From Spirulina sp. (GTDB taxonomy: Bacteria; Cyanobacteriota; Cyanobacteriia; Phormidesmidales; Phormidesmidaceae), in NCBI GenBank assembly GCA_044070495.1, contig JBIPSI010000056.1:1-15457 (forward strand): a stretch of 15,457 nt of DNA, given 5' to 3'. A program made the position numbers and the translations under genes. How positions within the stretch are numbered: position 1 is the stretch's first letter; each line of letters opens with the position of its first letter. Shown one piece after another: positions 14,550-15,457 of the stretch. The notes under the pieces are model-generated. The model saw nothing but the letters and a program-made list of their open reading frames with translations. It did not search any database and was not told the origin of the DNA.

Positions 14550-15122
14550 TTAGTGGATGACGACGGCGGCCACCGCAACGGCGGCGACGGCGGCCAGCAG
14601 CACCAGCAGCAGGAATCGGGCTGTTTTTCCCCAGAAGGTGGTGCCGGTGGTGAACCACTGGACAAACAGGTAGAGGGCGTCGTCGTAGCGGTCGCCGTCG
14701 AGGGGAGCTGGGGGAATGGTGGCCAGGGGCGTGAGGCTTACGACGGTGGCGGGGCCGTCGTCGTTGATGGTGTCGTTCTCATCCTCAACAACTCGGATCG
14801 GCGGGTTGCTGCTGAGGTGGATTTTGTCTCCGATGGTGAGGGAGTGCCAGTTATAGGGGGTGAGGGCTTGGTCGTTTAACCAGGTGCCCCCGGTGGATTT
14901 GAGATCCTGAATGGCCCAGCGGTCGGCGGCGTAGCTGTAGGTGATGGCCAGATGGCGACGACTAACGGTCTTGACGGCCAAGGTTAGGTCTAACTCTGGG
15001 GAGCGTCCGACCAGGAACTCGTCAGAGTCGGCGTCTGGTCGGGGGATGGTCAGGCGATGGGTGTGATCCGCCAATGACGGGTCGGGGAACTCAGGCGGAA
15101 AGTAGAGCGATAGGGTTGGCAC
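14550..15122 (-). CDS. FHA-domain protein with C-terminal transmembrane helix
   Basis: Motifs VGR, VSRRH, IQDLKSTGGTWLN and LTIGDKI; TM segment FLLLVLLAAVAAVAVAAVVI; GTG at 15122 behind RBS AGGAGGAGG. Confidence 0.88.
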   Translation of the reverse strand: MPTLSLYFPPEFPDPSLADHTHRLTIPRPDADSDEFLVGRSPELDLTLAVKTVSRRHLAITYSYAADRWAIQDLKSTGGTWLNDQALTPYNWHSLTIGDKIHLSSNPPIRVVEDENDTINDDGPATVVSLTPLATIPPAPLDGDRYDDALYLFVQWFTTGTTFWGKTARFLLLVLLAAVAAVAVAAVVIH

Positions 15123-15243
15123 TCTGACTACCTCCTCCTTGGCGACGGCCTGGGAATTTGTTGCGGTCGCCAGCAACCAGGGCGAGGCCCAGTAGCAGAG
15201 CCAGTAGCAGGGCGATCCATGGTTTACGGGGGCTGCGATTCAT
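15091..15243 (-). CDS. Small membrane-anchored or secreted peptide (50 aa)
   Basis: ATG at 15243 overlaps the upstream TGA (ATGA); basic n-region, hydrophobic WIALLLALLLGLALVA, then PGRRQGGGS. Confidence 0.6.
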   Translation of the reverse strand: MNRSPRKPWIALLLALLLGLALVAGDRNKFPGRRQGGGSQSANPIALLSA

Positions 15244-15446
15244 GGGATTAGGTCTGACAAGGACAGGGGCGGGGCATAGGGCGGGGGCTGAGGGCCTTCG
15301 ATCCACTGTTGGGCGGCTGCATCCCACTGAGGGGAAGCCATTCCGGGGGGCGGGTCGGCTGCGGTGATTTGCCAGCCGGGGGGCGGCGTGGCGTCGGGTT
15401 CGCAGTTGCCGCCGAAGGTTAGGGTGTCGGTGATGAGGCTAGGCAT
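15240..15446 (-). CDS. Phage tail-fibre-assembly-like small protein
   Basis: T..PP...SPQWDAAAQQWIE resembles the Pro/Trp motif of tail-fibre assembly (Tfa-like) proteins; lies in a convergent operon. Confidence 0.5.
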   Translation of the reverse strand: MPSLITDTLTFGGNCEPDATPPPGWQITAADPPPGMASPQWDAAAQQWIEGPQPPPYAPPLSLSDLIP

Positions 15447-15457
15447 ATCTGAACAGT

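Larger units (their letters stand above)
9475..15457. mobile_element. Prophage-like integrated element, left end; continues beyond the window
   Basis: Abrupt switch from housekeeping genes to a recombinase, overlapping small hypothetical ORFs (ATGA/TAATG junctions), a divergent control region with RHH regulator, an ASCH gene and a tail-fibre-assembly-like ORF. Confidence 0.75.

Noticed and set aside
1..15457. Apparent absence of HIP1 (GCGATCGC) as a marker of foreign DNA
   Set aside because: By eye I found none in either the host or the phage part, so it does not discriminate, and a manual scan is not reliable.

Overview
Cyanobacterial chromosome segment (GC-rich; Leptolyngbya/Nodosilinea-like by gene content, which is an inference). 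Bases 1 to about 9480 are ordinary host genes: GNAT acetyltransferase, class II glutamine amidotransferase, PAS histidine kinase, small EF-hand protein, thrB, ppa, GGDEF cyclase, PLP aminotransferase and dgdA-like GT4, plus two REP/MITE-like palindromic repeats. From about 9480 to the window end lies one edge of a prophage-like element. It has a leftward operon of tightly overlapping small ORFs, a divergent control region with an RHH regulator, an ASCH-domain gene, and the end of a convergent late-like operon (tail-fibre-assembly-like, small membrane peptide, FHA-TM protein). The highlight is at the element boundary. No tyrosine or serine integrase is visible there; the integrase position holds an IS110-family (DEDD + Ser) recombinase. 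Its ~300-nt upstream spacer opens with a complete type I hammerhead ribozyme, followed by a T-loop/CCA minihelix, a 10-nt copy of the host-junction motif ATACCAGGTT and two 37-nt-period stem-loop repeats. The junction motif appears to sit in the orphaned last codons (TWYIADTALR*) of a host gene upstream of dgdA. Working hypothesis: a prophage that integrates with a bridge-RNA-type recombinase whose RNA is released by a self-cleaving ribozyme. The sequence elements are directly visible; the mechanism is inference.
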